A DNA stretch of 63,036 nt, counting the filler, from Octopus bimaculoides (lineage: Eukaryota), in NCBI RefSeq assembly GCF_001194135.2. It is 6 parts of 4 records of this genome, joined end to end, with 100 filler letters (N's around TTAATTAATTAA, not from the genome) between each part and the next. Parts side by side here need not be neighbours in the genome. Positions count along the whole stretch, not along the records: positions 46,909 to 51,717 come from NW_026335278.1; positions 51,818 to 59,555 come from NC_068989.1; positions 59,656 to 63,036 come from NC_068981.1; 3 more parts are not named here. One strand, written 5' to 3'. The notes beneath the pieces were generated by a model. The model did not search any database and had not been told where the DNA came from. It was given only the letters and a program-made list of their open reading frames with translations. The number at the start of each line of letters is the position of its first letter. The first letter of the stretch is position 1. A program made the translations under genes and the position numbers. Of the stretch, positions 49,385 to 62,567 are shown piece after piece.

Positions 49385-50080
49385 GAATATTGTTCAGTGG
49401 ATGTAACTGCTTACTTGGTCGTGTCTGTATATATATATATTCAGATTTGGCAAGGACTGGGCAGCCCAAGTTGATGTGGTCAACTGTTTTATTGTTGCTG
49501 GTTGCACATTCTGCATTTGGTGTTAGGGCCTGTTTTCATTGTTTTGTTTTTATAATTGTTTGTAGTCAGGCATTGATCTTGTGCAGTGAGAATCAGTCCT
49601 TCAGTTTCAGCTTTTAGTCCAGAGCTTTTGAGCCATTGCTGGTTTTTACTTCGGCTCACTTCCTCTCTGTCAGGCCTTGCAGGGTATTGGCCATGAAGTG
49701 ATTTTTCTCACCATTTCTTCTTCAGTATCTTTTGTAATTTTGTTTTCATGTAATTTTTTGTCTCCTAATTTTCTCTTTTATTTCTATGTGTTGTATTTTA
49801 GCTGTTTCATCTATTCCTAGATATTTGTATGGGTGATTGTGGTCTAATTCTCTAATTCCTTCTATGGCACTCCTTTTGTTCTTTTGGTAAAACATTGTTG
49901 TTTTCCAGGTGTTTTATAAGCCAGCTATAGATGACTGATGTTAGGGTTTTGTAGGATGTTGATAGGAATGTTATTGGTCTGTAATTTTGTGACTGTACGG
50001 TGTCTTTGTTTTGGAGAATTAGGGTGGTTTGTCCTTTCAACATCCAATTTGGTGTTGATTCTGGATCACTTATCAATAAA
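49385..50080 (-). mobile_element. R4/Dong-like retrotransposon, spliced-together RT and zinc-knuckle remnants
   Basis: PNWMLKGQTTLILQNKDTVQSQNYRPITFLSTSYKTLTSVI; PYKYLGIDET; TVDHINLGCPVLAKSEYI (CCHC knuckle region). Confidence 0.85.
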
Positions 50081-50299
50081 TTGAAAGCTGCTGCTCAGTG
50101 GTTATATGTACTGGTGAGATATTATTGTGTGTGTGTGATGTGTGTGTGTATGTGTGTGAGAGAGAGAGGCAGGTGGAAATACCATGCTTTTCAAAATTCA
50201 AATTTTGTTTTTCACACATCCACTTGTGGTCCTTGACTTTTCCTTCATTGTGAAAAGTACAATGAAGGAGGGAAGAGAGGCATGAATTTTTATCTTTTA

Positions 50300-51174
50300 C
50301 TAGCAGTATAACCCGACATAGTCCGGGTGTGACTTATGCTATCTACGATAAGTCTTGGTTGGTGAAAATCAACTAAAAAACAAAGCGTTACAACAAAAAA
50401 ACCCTTATGATGTAAATATGTTCATAATTCAAAGGACGATGAAATTAATAGGGAAAGTCTGAAGGCTGTTTTGCGTAACATTATTAAGTGTACATAAATT
50501 TCATCCGTCTAATTGGCTATAGAAATGCTTGTGTAAAACAACTTTTTGCGCTGCCCTGATTATACATAGCAGGGTAATCCCTTTTCGCAGGAGCTAGGAT
50601 GGCAATTTGTGATGAAGCAATTGCTGGTGATTTGTTGCTACACAGTTTTGCCAGAATTCTATCAGATTGGGAAGAAGATGTTGATGCACCATTTTGCATT
50701 ATGTTCAAAGTAGCTTCTGGAATGTGGTGAATTGCTGCAGTCTGTTGCTGTCTTTTTAAACCAGTTGCTTTCTTTCCCCAGTAAGCTCTCTTCTTTGGAG
50801 GCATAATCTATGTATATATTAAACAGAACAACAAAAGTTATAATAGATGGCAGGGTCGGTAGTTTTCACATATCTATAATTTTTCAGATTAACACCCACA
50901 CAATTACCCAACCCTAACCCTAAAACCCTAAACCTAACCCTAATCCTAACCCTAACACTAACCCTAAACCCTAACCCTAAACCCTAACCCTAAAACCCTA
51001 ACCCTGACCCTAAAACTAACCGTAACACTAACCCTAATCCTAACCCTAACTGTAACCCTAACCCTAACCGTAACCCTAAAACCCTGACCCTAAAACCCTA
51101 ACCCTAACACCCCAGTGAAAATCGTGGTATATTTACCAAACATTGACGAACATGAGTTATATTGTAGTCAATGA
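50300..51174 (-). mobile_element. Helitron-like non-autonomous element containing a 95-aa ORF and a telomere-like array
   Basis: The 3' end is hairpin ACCCGGACTATGTCGGGT, a 7-nt spacer, CTAG, then T. A tentative 5' A|TC is at 51174. ORF 50804-50517 starts MPPKKRAYWGKK. Confidence 0.6.
50907..51108. repeat. Interstitial telomere-like array (CCCTAA / CCCTAAAA variants)
   Basis: About 200 bp of CCCTAA mixed with CCCTAAAA, CCCTGA, CCGTAA, CACTAA and TCCTAA, with unique sequence on both sides. Confidence 0.92.
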
Positions 51175-51817
51175 TTGTGTGTACGTGCGCATGTATGCGT
51201 TTGAGAGAGCGAGAGAGAAGAGCAAGAAAGGAAGAGGGAGAGGGAGGGGGAGTAAGGAATAGGGAACGGGAGCAATGAAGAGAGGAAGGGAAAACGGAAG
51301 ACAGTTATAAAATAGCAATGCGTGCGCGTGTTTATATAAGAAACACACACAAAGTAAATCTTATATCTATAATGCTGATGTGTGTATGTGTTTATGTGTA
51401 TGTTGTTGTCACAGGTCACATATGTGTGGTTGTGTGTGTTTTTACGTTATGTTATGAAAAATATGTTAGAGGTAGAGGGATAGAAGAAAGCTATTAAATG
51501 GGAGAGAGGAAGAAGAATGAAGTAAGAGTGAAAAGTTAATCTATGACTTTGCATGTATCACTTTCTCTCTCTCTCTCTCTCCCTCTTTTACTCTTACTCT
51601 CTATATTATGTGTTGAGCGTGTGATCGATGTGTAAGAACGCCGATAGAGGTAGAAGGGAAGAATTATAAAAGTTGCTAGAAACAACAGCCAAATCTCCCT
51701 TAAATCACACAAAGTAANNNNNNNNNNNNNNNNNNNNNNNNNNNNNNNNNNNNNNNNNNNNTTAATTAATTAANNNNNNNNNNNNNNNNNNNNNNNNNNN
51801 NNNNNNNNNNNNNNNNN

Positions 51818-51844
<27 letters not shown>

Positions 51845-51851
<7 letters not shown>

Positions 51852-52035
51852 CAAAGAATATATATACATGTATACACACATATATGTACATACTTACATC
51901 TACATGTGTATATACATGCATATCAGGGTACAGGACGTTAGAACAATAAACTACAGACAACGGAACGAACACATAGGAAAACGGAAAGCCCCTTGGAATA
52001 TCCCTTCATCAGCTGTCTCTATTCTACCTAGACGT
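51845..52035. repeat. Dispersed repeat, copy 1 (Penelope pseudo-LTR-like)
   Basis: Near-identical to 59245-59415 (aatacaaagaat...cagggtacaggacgttagaac...cccttcatcagctgtctctattctacctagacgtttc). Confidence 0.7.
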
Positions 52036-52597
52036 TTCTGTGTGTGTGTGTGTATATATATATGTGTGTGTGTGTATATATATATATGTATTGTGCGTGT
52101 GTGTGTGTATATATACAAATCTATCTATATATATCATACGTATTGTATATATATACGTATACATATCACTTGTGTTATACATATTTGTATATAATGCATA
52201 TATATATAATATACCCATATCATATAACTACTCATGACTTGCATACAAATACATCTGTATATATGTGTAAGTATACGCATATATCTTATGTATATATGAA
52301 TATATTACAGAAGTATGCACACACTATATTCTACAATATATATATAAATATGTATTATGTGTATGCATGTATGAATATATTTTATATAGAATTTGTATAT
52401 TATTATTATGCACATATACACTTAATATGATTTTTAAATATTTGTAAATATGCAGAGATGTTTATAGGAAAGAACATGTACACAGACGCTGTGTGTGTGT
52501 GTGTGCGTGTGTATGTGTGTGTGTACACTTTGGAGGAGGGAGCAGAATGTATTTTAAATGGATGCTTACATTACACAAGACAACTGCCCCATCGCTT

Positions 52598-52628
<31 letters not shown>

Positions 52629-52733
52629 TACTACTATTATTATTACCAAGCATACCTCATCACTGGCAGATTCTCCAGTACTACCATCACACTCATCAGA
52701 CTTTTCCCAATGCTACCACTACTACTACATATT

Positions 52734-53470
52734 CTTTTACTCATTTCAGTCCATTTGACTGCGGCCATGCTGGAGCACCACCTTTAGTCGAACACATTGA
52801 CCCCAGGACTTATTCTTTGTAAGCCTAGTACTAATTCTATCGATCTCTTTTGCCAAACCACTAAGTTACGAATGTGAACACACGACCAACGGTTGTCAAG
52901 CGATGGTGGGGGGATAAACACAGACACGCAAACATACTCACACACACACACACATACACATACACGACAGGCTTCTTTCAGTTTCCATTTACCAAATCCA
53001 TTCACAAAGCTTTGGTTGGCCCAAGGCTATAGTAGAAGATACTTGCCCGAGGTGCCATGCAGTGGGACTGAACCCGGAACCATGTGGTTGGTAAGGAAGC
53101 TACTTACCACACTGCCACACCTATGCCTGTATTCTTTTACGTTTCTCAGTCATTAGACTAAGGCCATGCTGGGGCACCACGTTAGATTTTAGCCGAATGA
53201 ATTGACCCCCCCCCTCCCAGTACTCATTTTAAACCTCTTATTCTGTCAGTTGCTTTTGCCTGAACTGCTAAGTTACTAGGGTATAAACATGTCAACAGTG
53301 GTTGACAAGCTGTAGTGATAATGGGCTTCTTTAAGTTTCTATCTGTCAAATCCATTTACAGGCTTTGGTTGGTCAGAGGCTGTAGTAGAAGGCACGCACC
53401 CAGAGTGCCATGCAGTAGGACTGAACTTCGAACCATGTGGTTGGGAAGCAAACTTCTTACCTCACAACCA
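52734..53470 (-). mobile_element. Two head-to-tail family B SINEs (52734-53127 and 53132-53470)
   Basis: Both show the 3' end GCGGCCATGCTGG / AAGGCCATGCTGG and the head GGGACTGAACCC / GGACTGAACTTC on the plus strand. Confidence 0.82.
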
Positions 53471-54107
53471 CAATATACACATGTCATCGTTGTCATCGTC
53501 ATCATCATCATTTAAGGGTCCATTTTTCCCATGCTGGCACAGATTGAAGTTATTGACTATTATTGTGTGAGATGCATTTGTATGTGTGTGAAAGGAGAGG
53601 GGGGGAGTAGGTTGAGTAGGGAAATTAATGTGGGAGGGGATAGGACTGTGACTTGTACATCACCCCCCACACTGACCTCCTCTTGTTTCCTCCTCCTCCT
53701 TGGTGGGAGTGAGGGCGGGTTAGAGGGAGGAGAAGGTGGCTGAAGAAGTCAGTCCATGTCTCTCCTCTCCCTTCTCCTCCTGTCTCTTTCCTCTTTTATA
53801 ACTGCCTGGGTGTCAAGATGGTGGTGTGGGTGTGTGGAGATGTGGGTCTCAGTTTATGGTCAGACAGCTTGATGGCTGGCAGGGGTGGGCATGTTCTTCT
53901 CTCCTCATTTTATAACTCTTACTGTCTCTCTCTCACCCTTCTACCTCTTCCTCCAACCACCTCAGTATGATATATAGGTGGCTAGGGGGTCTGAGGCTAT
54001 TGTTATTGTCATCATTTACACCCCCCACCCACCATTTTCGTCATTGTAATGGAGTTAAAAGTGCTTCACAAGAGTAGCTCAATCTGCAAGAAATAGCAAC
54101 CAAAACA

Positions 54108-54400
54108 TCATCATCATCATTTAACGTCTGCCTTCCATGCTGGCATGGGTGGGATGGCTTCACAAGAGCTGGCTAGGCCGAAGCCTGCACGAGACTACTG
54201 TGACTGTTTTAGCAGGATTTTTACAGCTGGATGCCCTTCCTAACACCAACCACTCAGCAGAGTGGACTTGGTGCTTTTTATGTGGTACAAGCACAGGCGA
54301 GGCCAGGTTTGGCAAGGTTTTTACAGCTGGATGCCCTTCCGAACACCGACCACTTCACAGTGTGAACTGGGGGCTTTTTAAGTGGCCAGAGGGGCAGGGT
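54108..54400 (-). mobile_element. Retroposon 3'-tail family D with (GAT)n tail and internal duplication
   Basis: CATCATCATTTAACGTC...CCATGCTGGCATGGG, and TTTTACAGCTGGATGCCCTTCC occurs twice. Related fragments are at 47255-47388 and 53495-53560. Confidence 0.65.
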
Positions 54401-55204
54401 AATTGGAGGAGGTGATCATGTGTCGGATGATAAAAGGTTATAGTGAGACAGAGAGACAGAAACAGGTGTCTTGCTGTAGAGGAAGTACAACATTACCCAG
54501 CGGGAGAGAGAGACCAGGAATGATGACAGAAACAGGTGCATTACTGCTAAGGAAATACATGGTCACCCAGCCTGATGGAAGGGCAGGAGAAGGAGAGAGA
54601 GTGGGAGGCAACAGGATAGAGATGGTGGCAAGATGCCGGGCATACTAACAAGGGATGAATCTCCCTCAAAACATCCTCTAGTGTGCCAACAGGCACATTG
54701 AAGAATGTAGTCCGAGATATACTTTGTCTTTATAGCTGGGACAACTTTGATCATAGGTCTGTTGGACCAGGACTGACCTAGGGCTGTAAAGATCACTAAC
54801 ACCATCATCATCATCAAGTTGATGTCTCTAAGAAGTAAATAAAGGACTTTAATGATTCTGTAGCCCCAGGTCGGCTCCGATCCAGTTGTTCTTTGATTGA
54901 AAGTCTTCTGGCTATAATTATCTCATCCTTTGTTCAGACATAGGTTATCTAGGACTACATGATCTAATGTGCGCTTCCTTGTTTAGTACTAGGTCAGCTT
55001 CGATTGAGCAGACCTAAAATCCAGCCATGCCAATCCTGTCCATTTTTACAAGCGTTGTTTAGCAGTGGTGGTGGTGTCTGAGGTGGTGATGATACAATAG
55101 GGATGGTGAAATGGTGGCTGTATAGATGATGGTTAGGGTATGTGATTGTGATTTTGATAGTTGTGGAGGCGGCAGCGGTGGTGTATGTGTGTGTGTATCT
55201 TTTT

Positions 55205-55578
55205 TTTCTTCTTTCAGTCACTAGATTACGGCCATGCTGGGGCACCACCCTGAAGAGTTTATAACTGAACAAATCGATCCCAGCACTTCTTTTTTTTTTT
55301 TTTTAAGCCTGGTGCTTGCTCTATCAGTCTCTTTTGAAGTTACGGGGACGTAAACACACCAACACCGGTTATCAGGTGGTGGCGGGGACAAACAAAAACA
55401 CACACACATACACACATGATGGGCTTCTTTCAGTTTCCTTCTAACTGATTCACTCAGAAGGTTTTGGTTGCCCTAGGCTATATAGTAGACACTTGCCCAA
55501 GGTGCCAAATGGTGGGACTGAACCTAGAATCATGTGGTAGGGAAGCAAACTTCTTATCACACAACCACACCTGTGCCT
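55205..55578 (-). mobile_element. SINE family B
   Basis: Homologous end to end with 52734-53127, with an internal (CA)n. Confidence 0.8.
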
Positions 55579-55971
55579 ATATCTATCTATCTATCTATAT
55601 GATAGTAATGGAGTTGGTGGTGGATTTTGACTGTGTTATAAATATGTCCTCCCAAGAGAAGTTGAGTGTTGGTGCATTCTGGGAAATTTGTAGACCGTTT
55701 CTCTCAGATCGATGAGCAAGTGAAATTTCTGTGTGAATGCCCACCTGATCGCTGCACATGTACCCGTAAGTACACAGCGCCATTGCTGCTTGTGTATACA
55801 TTGAGATATTTACACACGTGCACCTTGCTCTGTCTTAGCTGTTGTCGTTATACATACTTGTCTGTATCAATGCCCTCTCTGTATGTATTTGCATGAATCT
55901 CTGTCTGTCACTCTATCTATCTATCTATCACGACCTGTCTGTCTATCTCACTGTATGTATGTAATTATGTA

Positions 55972-56007
<36 letters not shown>

Positions 56008-56152
56008 TTTATCTCTCTGTTTGTATCGATCTGTTTGTCTACTTATTATTTGTATGCATCTGTCTGTCTATATCTTCTGATCTATCCGTCTGGCTATTTA
56101 TCTGTTTGTTTGTCCGTCTGGTGTTGTCTCTGTCTGTCCATCCATCCATCTG

Positions 56153-56207
<55 letters not shown>

Positions 56208-57463
56208 CTGTCAGCCTGCCTATCTGTCTGTCTGTATGTCTGTCTGTCTGTTCCTCCCTACCTCTATCTGCAACATCCACCCCGTCTTCTATATAACGAT
56301 CAACCCATCATTCCACCCAGCCCACCCCTCTCATCAAACCCTGCCCATCTGTGAATTGAAGCAACTAGTGCCACCTTCTCCCTCCCTCTCTCCCACTCAC
56401 CGCTTCTACATTCTCAGGATGCAGCCTGTCTGATACCCTGGCATCTGTTTACGGGGTGGTTCCCCAACTACGCTAGCACCGTCCCACTGGGGAGCAAGTG
56501 TGCAGGCTGCGTCGGTTTGGGTAGATTTACGAAACGATTCGTTTGTTAGTCGAGCTGTGAATCATACATGCATACATACGCAAGTGGGCATATGTGTGTG
56601 TCTGCGTATGTCTGTATGTATGTGTGTGTGTGTATGTATGTATGTATGTGCGACTGAGTATGTGTGTGTATGTATGTATGTGTGTCTGTGTATGTATGTA
56701 TGCATGTCTGTGTGTCTGTATGTGTGTTTGTGTATGTGAGTCTGTACGTCTGTATGTGTATATATCTGTGTGTATACGTGTAGGCTTGTTGTAATGTATG
56801 TGTCTGTAATATATGTATGTCTGTGTGTGTATGTATGTACGTATGTTTGTGTGTATGTCTATGAGTGTGTATGTATGTCTGTGTGTANNNNNNNNNNNNN
56901 NNNNNNNNNNNNNNNNNNNNNNNNNNNNNNNNNNNNNNNNNNNNNNNNNNNNNNNNNNNNNNNNNNNNNNNNNNNNNNNNNNNNNNNNNNNNNNNNNNNN
57001 NNNNNNNNNNNNNNNNNNNNNNNNNNNNNNNNNNNNNNNNNNNNNNNNNNNNNNNNNNNNNNNNNNNNNNNNNNNNNNNNNNNNNNNNNNNNNNNNNNNN
57101 NNNNNNNNNNNNNNNNNNNNNNNNNNNNNNNNNNNNNNNNNNNNNNNNNNNNNNNNNNNNNNNNNNNNNNNNNNNNNNNNNNNNNNNNNNNNNNNNNNNN
57201 NNNNNNNNNNNNNNNNNNNNNNNNNNNNNNNNNNNNNNNNNNNNNNNNNNNNNNNNNNNNNNNNNNNNNNNNNNNNNNNNNNNNNNNNNNNNNNNNNNNN
57301 NNNNNNNNNNNNNNNNNNNNNNNNNNNNNNNNNNNNNNNNNNNNNNNNNNNNNNNNNNNNNNNNNNNNNNNNNNNNNNNNNNNNNNNNNNNNNNNNNNNN
57401 NNNNNNNNNNNNNNNNNNNNNNNNNNNNNNNNNNNNNNNNNNNNNNNNNNNNNNNNNNNNNNN

Positions 57464-57523
<60 letters not shown>

Positions 57524-58203
57524 CGTTTCTTAGGTACTTTTAGTCGTTATAGATAGACACACGCTGGAGCAGTACTTAAAAATTTAATATCTATGATAAT
57601 GTATAAAAATAAATAAATAAATACTAGCGAAACAGTTTTTGTTATTATCATTATGCATTCAGTGGTTATTAACATAAATGGAAACATTACACACGGAGTT
57701 TGAGACTTGTTTATTATCTTACAATACATTTTATATATTGCGTATATAACGTATTTAGTTTAGACTCTGTGTGCGGTTATTTTTTTTTTACTCGAAGTTC
57801 TGATCATAAACAATTATTATTTTTTTGTTTTTCGGTTGAGAGTCAATTCATCAATTTGGAATACATAACACAAATTCTTTCGTTGTGTACGTTGTGTCGT
57901 CGTTAAAACATCGGCGGTACAGACTTGAGTATTTCTGAAGCCCTCTGTGAGACATGCCTATATGTATATATACATAAATAAACACACATATAAAACCACA
58001 TACACATATGTGTACATACGCGTACATACATATGGACACGCGTATTAAAAAGTTTTTGTAAAGAATCCTCGGTACAGTCGCAATATTTGAAGAACGATTT
58101 TCCAATATTGGAAACACACACACGTATATATTTATACACATGTATGTATAATATGCCTATATATTCAAATATATAATACATGTACAATAGAGCAAGATAT
58201 ATA

Positions 58204-58265
<62 letters not shown>

Positions 58266-58317
58266 TAATATATGTCTATATACATAATAGATATATACGT
58301 GTATATGTGAAATATAT

Positions 58318-58555
58318 AGGCGCAGGAGTGGGTGTGTGGTAAAAACCTTGCATCCCAACCACATGGTTTCGGGTTCAGTCCCACTGAGTGGCACCTTCAG
58401 CAAGTAAGAAGCCCGTCTTATATATATATATATATATATAATGGCAAAAAAGAGACAGATAGAATAAGTACTAGGCTTATAAAGAATAAGTCCTGGGGTC
58501 GATTTGTGGTGCTCCAGCATGGCCGCAGTCAAATGACTGAAACAAGTAAAAGAAT
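58318..58555 (+). mobile_element. SINE family B, internally deleted
   Basis: Head GGCGCAGGAGTGGGTGTGTGGTAA, internal (TA)n, 3' end identical in type to 62940-63000. Confidence 0.8.
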
Positions 58556-58983
58556 ATATATATATNNNNNNNNNNNNNNNNNNNNNNNNNNNNNNNNNNN
58601 NNNNNNNNNNNNNNNNNNNNNNNNNNNNNNNNNNNNNNNNNNNNNNNNNNNNNNNNNNNNNNNNNNNNNNNNNNNNNNNNNNNNNNNNNNNNNNNNNNNN
58701 NNNNNNNNNNNNNNNNNNNNNNNNNNNNNNNNNNNNNNNNNNNNNNNNNNNNNNNNNNNNNNNNNNNNNNNNNNNNNNNNNNNNNNNNNNNNNNNNNNNN
58801 NNNNNNNNNNNNNNNNNNNNNNNNNNNNNNNNNNNNNNNNNNNNNNNNNNNNNNNNNNNNNNNNNNNNNNNNNNNNNNNNNNNNNNNNNNNNNNNNNNNN
58901 NTATATAGTGTGTGTTGTGTGCGTGTAAGTTTATTTCGCAAATTCGGCGAAAAAAACACACACACAGTGGATGTGCGATCGAT

Positions 58984-59039
<56 letters not shown>

Positions 59040-59204
59040 GTCGCGCGCACACACGGTTACGACGATCGATTTTCAACCTCGTAGTTTCAAGTTCAGTTTC
59101 ACTGCCCGGCATTTTGGGAAAGTCTCTTTCCACTAGTGTCTTGTGAGTGATGTGAGTGGATGTGTGTGTATATACTCATGCATACATATATAGATAGATC
59201 TCTG

Positions 59205-59244
<40 letters not shown>

Positions 59245-59500
59245 ATAATACAAAGAATATATATACATGTATACACACATATATATATACATGCATATCA
59301 GGGTACAGGACGTTAGAACAATAAACTACAGACAACGTAACGAACATATAGGAAAACGGAAAGCCCCTTGGAATATCCCTTCATCAGCTGTCTCTATTCT
59401 ATCTAGACGTTTCGAAGCGTGAGAGAGTTAGGGGTTGGGGGTACAACCCACTAAGGGATAGTATCTATCCAGTATACTGCTGGGAAGGTACCCAATTATT
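59245..59500. repeat. Dispersed repeat, copy 2 (longer)
   Basis: Same sequence as 51845-52035, extended by a GC-richer palindrome-rich segment to ~59495. Confidence 0.7.
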
Positions 59501-59517
59501 GCTATATATATATATGC

Positions 59518-59555
<38 letters not shown>

Positions 59556-60229
59556 NNNNNNNNNNNNNNNNNNNNNNNNNNNNNNNNNNNNNNNNNNNNT
59601 TAATTAATTAANNNNNNNNNNNNNNNNNNNNNNNNNNNNNNNNNNNNNNNNNNNNTACATATATATATACATATATACATACATACATATATATATACAT
59701 GCATACATAAATATCTGAGAGAAAACGAGCACAATCGAGAAAGGGAAATTATGTTTTTGAGATATAATAATCTAAGAACGCTGCAATTATAACTGTCAAT
59801 AAAGCTTTGCCTTTGTTACATAAGAGAATTTCAGAAAATCTCTGTGGACTTAAGATATTTACATGAAATGAAATGAGAGAGTACTCAGCATGATGTAGTT
59901 TTTATTTTGGCCTATTAGTTCAAGTGTTATCTCTGTACAAAATTCATCAACTATAATCAGTTAATAATTGTTGTTTTCTAAATTATTTTTACTACTATAC
60001 TTGCAATAAACTTTTCTCATTTGGATTTAGATGCTTTATTCATACTTGTGTCAAAATACCTTGTACACTGCACAATTATCGTCGCAATAACGAATAATAG
60101 CAAACAGCCGTTTGCTATGCTGTTCTATTAAAAATTCCATGTATGTACTTTTATAAATGAAAAATATTAGGAATTAAGAAAACGAAAAACGTAACGTCAC
60201 GAGAATTATAGTAAGTGACGTAAAATTAT

Positions 60230-61980
60230 GACTCTGTCAGGCAGTAAGCTGGAAATAGTTTCTTTTTCCGGAGCTGCGCACCATCAATTTTGTTGAAATC
60301 AATTTGATGACGATGAGTTACTTTCAATACAAATCCATTTTCTACCTTGGATATTAAATAAGATGCAACATGCAAGTAACTGATTTCAGTTTGCTTGTTT
60401 ATAAACTTATTTGACTTGCAGTTTAACGACAATACACTTGATTGATGTAGAGAAATGGTTTGTCCTACATATAAAGTTGATTAATTCTATTTTTTAAAAA
60501 GAATTTCTAAAACTTCATTTTCGATAATTGTCAATAAAGCAAATTTGATCTCATCCCCTTTAAGTCAAGCGACGGATTCTGGCAAATATTTAATGCTAGG
60601 ATGAAAATACTAGTTTAATGTTAGCGGCTAATGATATAAATGAGCCAAAAACACCGTTTTTGGCAAAATGTCCTACTGATTGCTACTGAAAATTCTGGTA
60701 ACCGGCCAACCAACAGATTTCAATGACTCATTTTCTCTCCTCCATTGACACGTCTGGATTCTATTCTAACTTACGTCAGCAGTATTTACTACATTTGCGC
60801 AACAAACGTATCCTCTGGTCTCTTTGTTTTGTTATCTAAACATGAATTAATTTCATGTTTATCCAGCTTGTTCCAGTTTTAGATGAAGAAATATAGATTT
60901 ATATTTGTGAAATATTCTATTGTTATAGTATCAGATCAGTTAATACTGACCTTAATTTTGCGAATAAGAAACACATAGTGAATTGAAAACAATGTGATCT
61001 ACAATGTACAATTGTGATTTATATTATATTCTTGTATCAAATCATGCGTTTATGTTTACCAGACATTACAGTTCAGTAAAACCACCTGAGTTAATGGCAT
61101 CGGTGTTATTCTGCAGATAACTTTAATATTTAGCGTTCTAAATGTGGTCATTGTGTTTGATAAAAACTACATCTCCATTTGCTGGCTTATCATTAGACAA
61201 ATCTAATACGATAAATATAAATATTTCGCTTATAACCGTAGAAATCATAATTATCTAACAATTGTGAGATACAGAGGCCAAAATAACTAGGAGATAGTAA
61301 ATAGCGGTCTTTCCTAGTTAGAAAATTAAAGAAATAAGCAATAGCAATGAAACCCAGTCTCATTTTCTTGCTTATACATATGCCATTCTGCGCTTAAATA
61401 TAGTGCCATTAAATAAAGATGCCCCTTGGACAGAATAATGATATTCGTTGAACTAATTCCAACAAAAACATTTGGACATTTTCTTCATCTACTTAATTTC
61501 TTCGTCATGGTTAGGTTACAATAAATCATTAAGTACAACTAGAATTCTTTTTATTTAATCCCCGTTTTGCAGATTCCCAGTATTGGTTAATTGCAGCACT
61601 CAATCTTTTTCTACATATAGAAGCTCAATTAAAAGGATTAGCATATTAGCTTAGAATTAGTAGTAAGGGCCTTCTTATTCTCGGGTATCTTTCTGGGAAC
61701 ACGTATCTTTGTTCAGCTTTACTTTATTTTATTCAGTGGACAATTGTCTGACTCACGAATTAATCTTTATTGATGTTCTTTAGAATAATTATGTTTCGGG
61801 AATTTAGGGCTGGTAAAATGGCCCAAAGCCTCATGTAGTTCATGTCTGATTATCTTAAATTCTCTCCCCGTCATTATTTATTATTTTGTTTTGTCTTTTA
61901 TATGACACATTCAAATGTCAGTCGGCTTGATCCTGATTTACGCCAGAAGTACTGTAATCTCGACTGCAACAACACTTAAC
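60230..61980 (+). pseudogene. Probable decayed intronless Toll-like receptor (LRR-TM-TIR) pseudogene
   Basis: Ordered but stop- and frameshift-riddled motifs: FPELRTINF (~60280), KCPTDCY*KFW*PAN (60666, LRR-NT-like), hydrophobic LDIFFIYLISSSWLGY (~61470), KY-LEFFLFNPRF (~61530), FLGTRIF / SDSR / VL*NNYVS and RHYLLF...SRLDPDLRQ (~61690-61945, TIR-like). Confidence 0.4.
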
Positions 61981-62211
61981 CATATTGTGTTGTAAGTTCG
62001 AGATGAAACGTTGTAATTCTAAAGAGACAATGTTGATAACGAAGTAAGCAGCGGATAATAAAAATTAAGTTCCCAACAGCTTAAAGCGTAGAAAATAATA
62101 TTATAAAGATTAGCGATCTGCTTAACTGATTACATTCTACAGGCGGATTAAGGAGTAGAACAAAGAAGAAAGAGTTAGAGTCATAGGACTACAGATAGTT
62201 TGAAAATAGAA

Positions 62212-62276
<65 letters not shown>

Positions 62277-62567
62277 GACAGATAGATACATAGATGGGTA
62301 GATATATTGTGTTTGACTCTGTGTGTGTATGCGTGTGTACGTGTGTGTTCGTGTGTTTACGTGTGTGTGCATGTGTGTGTGTATCTGTATTTGATAAGTA
62401 CATATACAGAGTTAGAAAGAGAAAAAGAGACAAAGTGTGAAATGATATTTTTCCTAAGAAGTTTGAGGCTTATGTTCAACATGAATCCATCCATACATTG
62501 CTCCGAGCCTTAGAATACATAAACGGAGTATATACATCATGCGAGCTCGAATTTCGTTAGATTTTAT

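Noticed and set aside
50907-51108. Telomere-like array as a true chromosome end
   Set aside because: It is short, degenerate and flanked by ordinary sequence on both sides.
3670-59133. The many long ORFs in the track containing X runs or poly-YI/HT/CV/L/N/K
   Set aside because: They are translations of N gaps and of (TA)n, (CA)n, (TATG)n and trinucleotide microsatellites, not genes.
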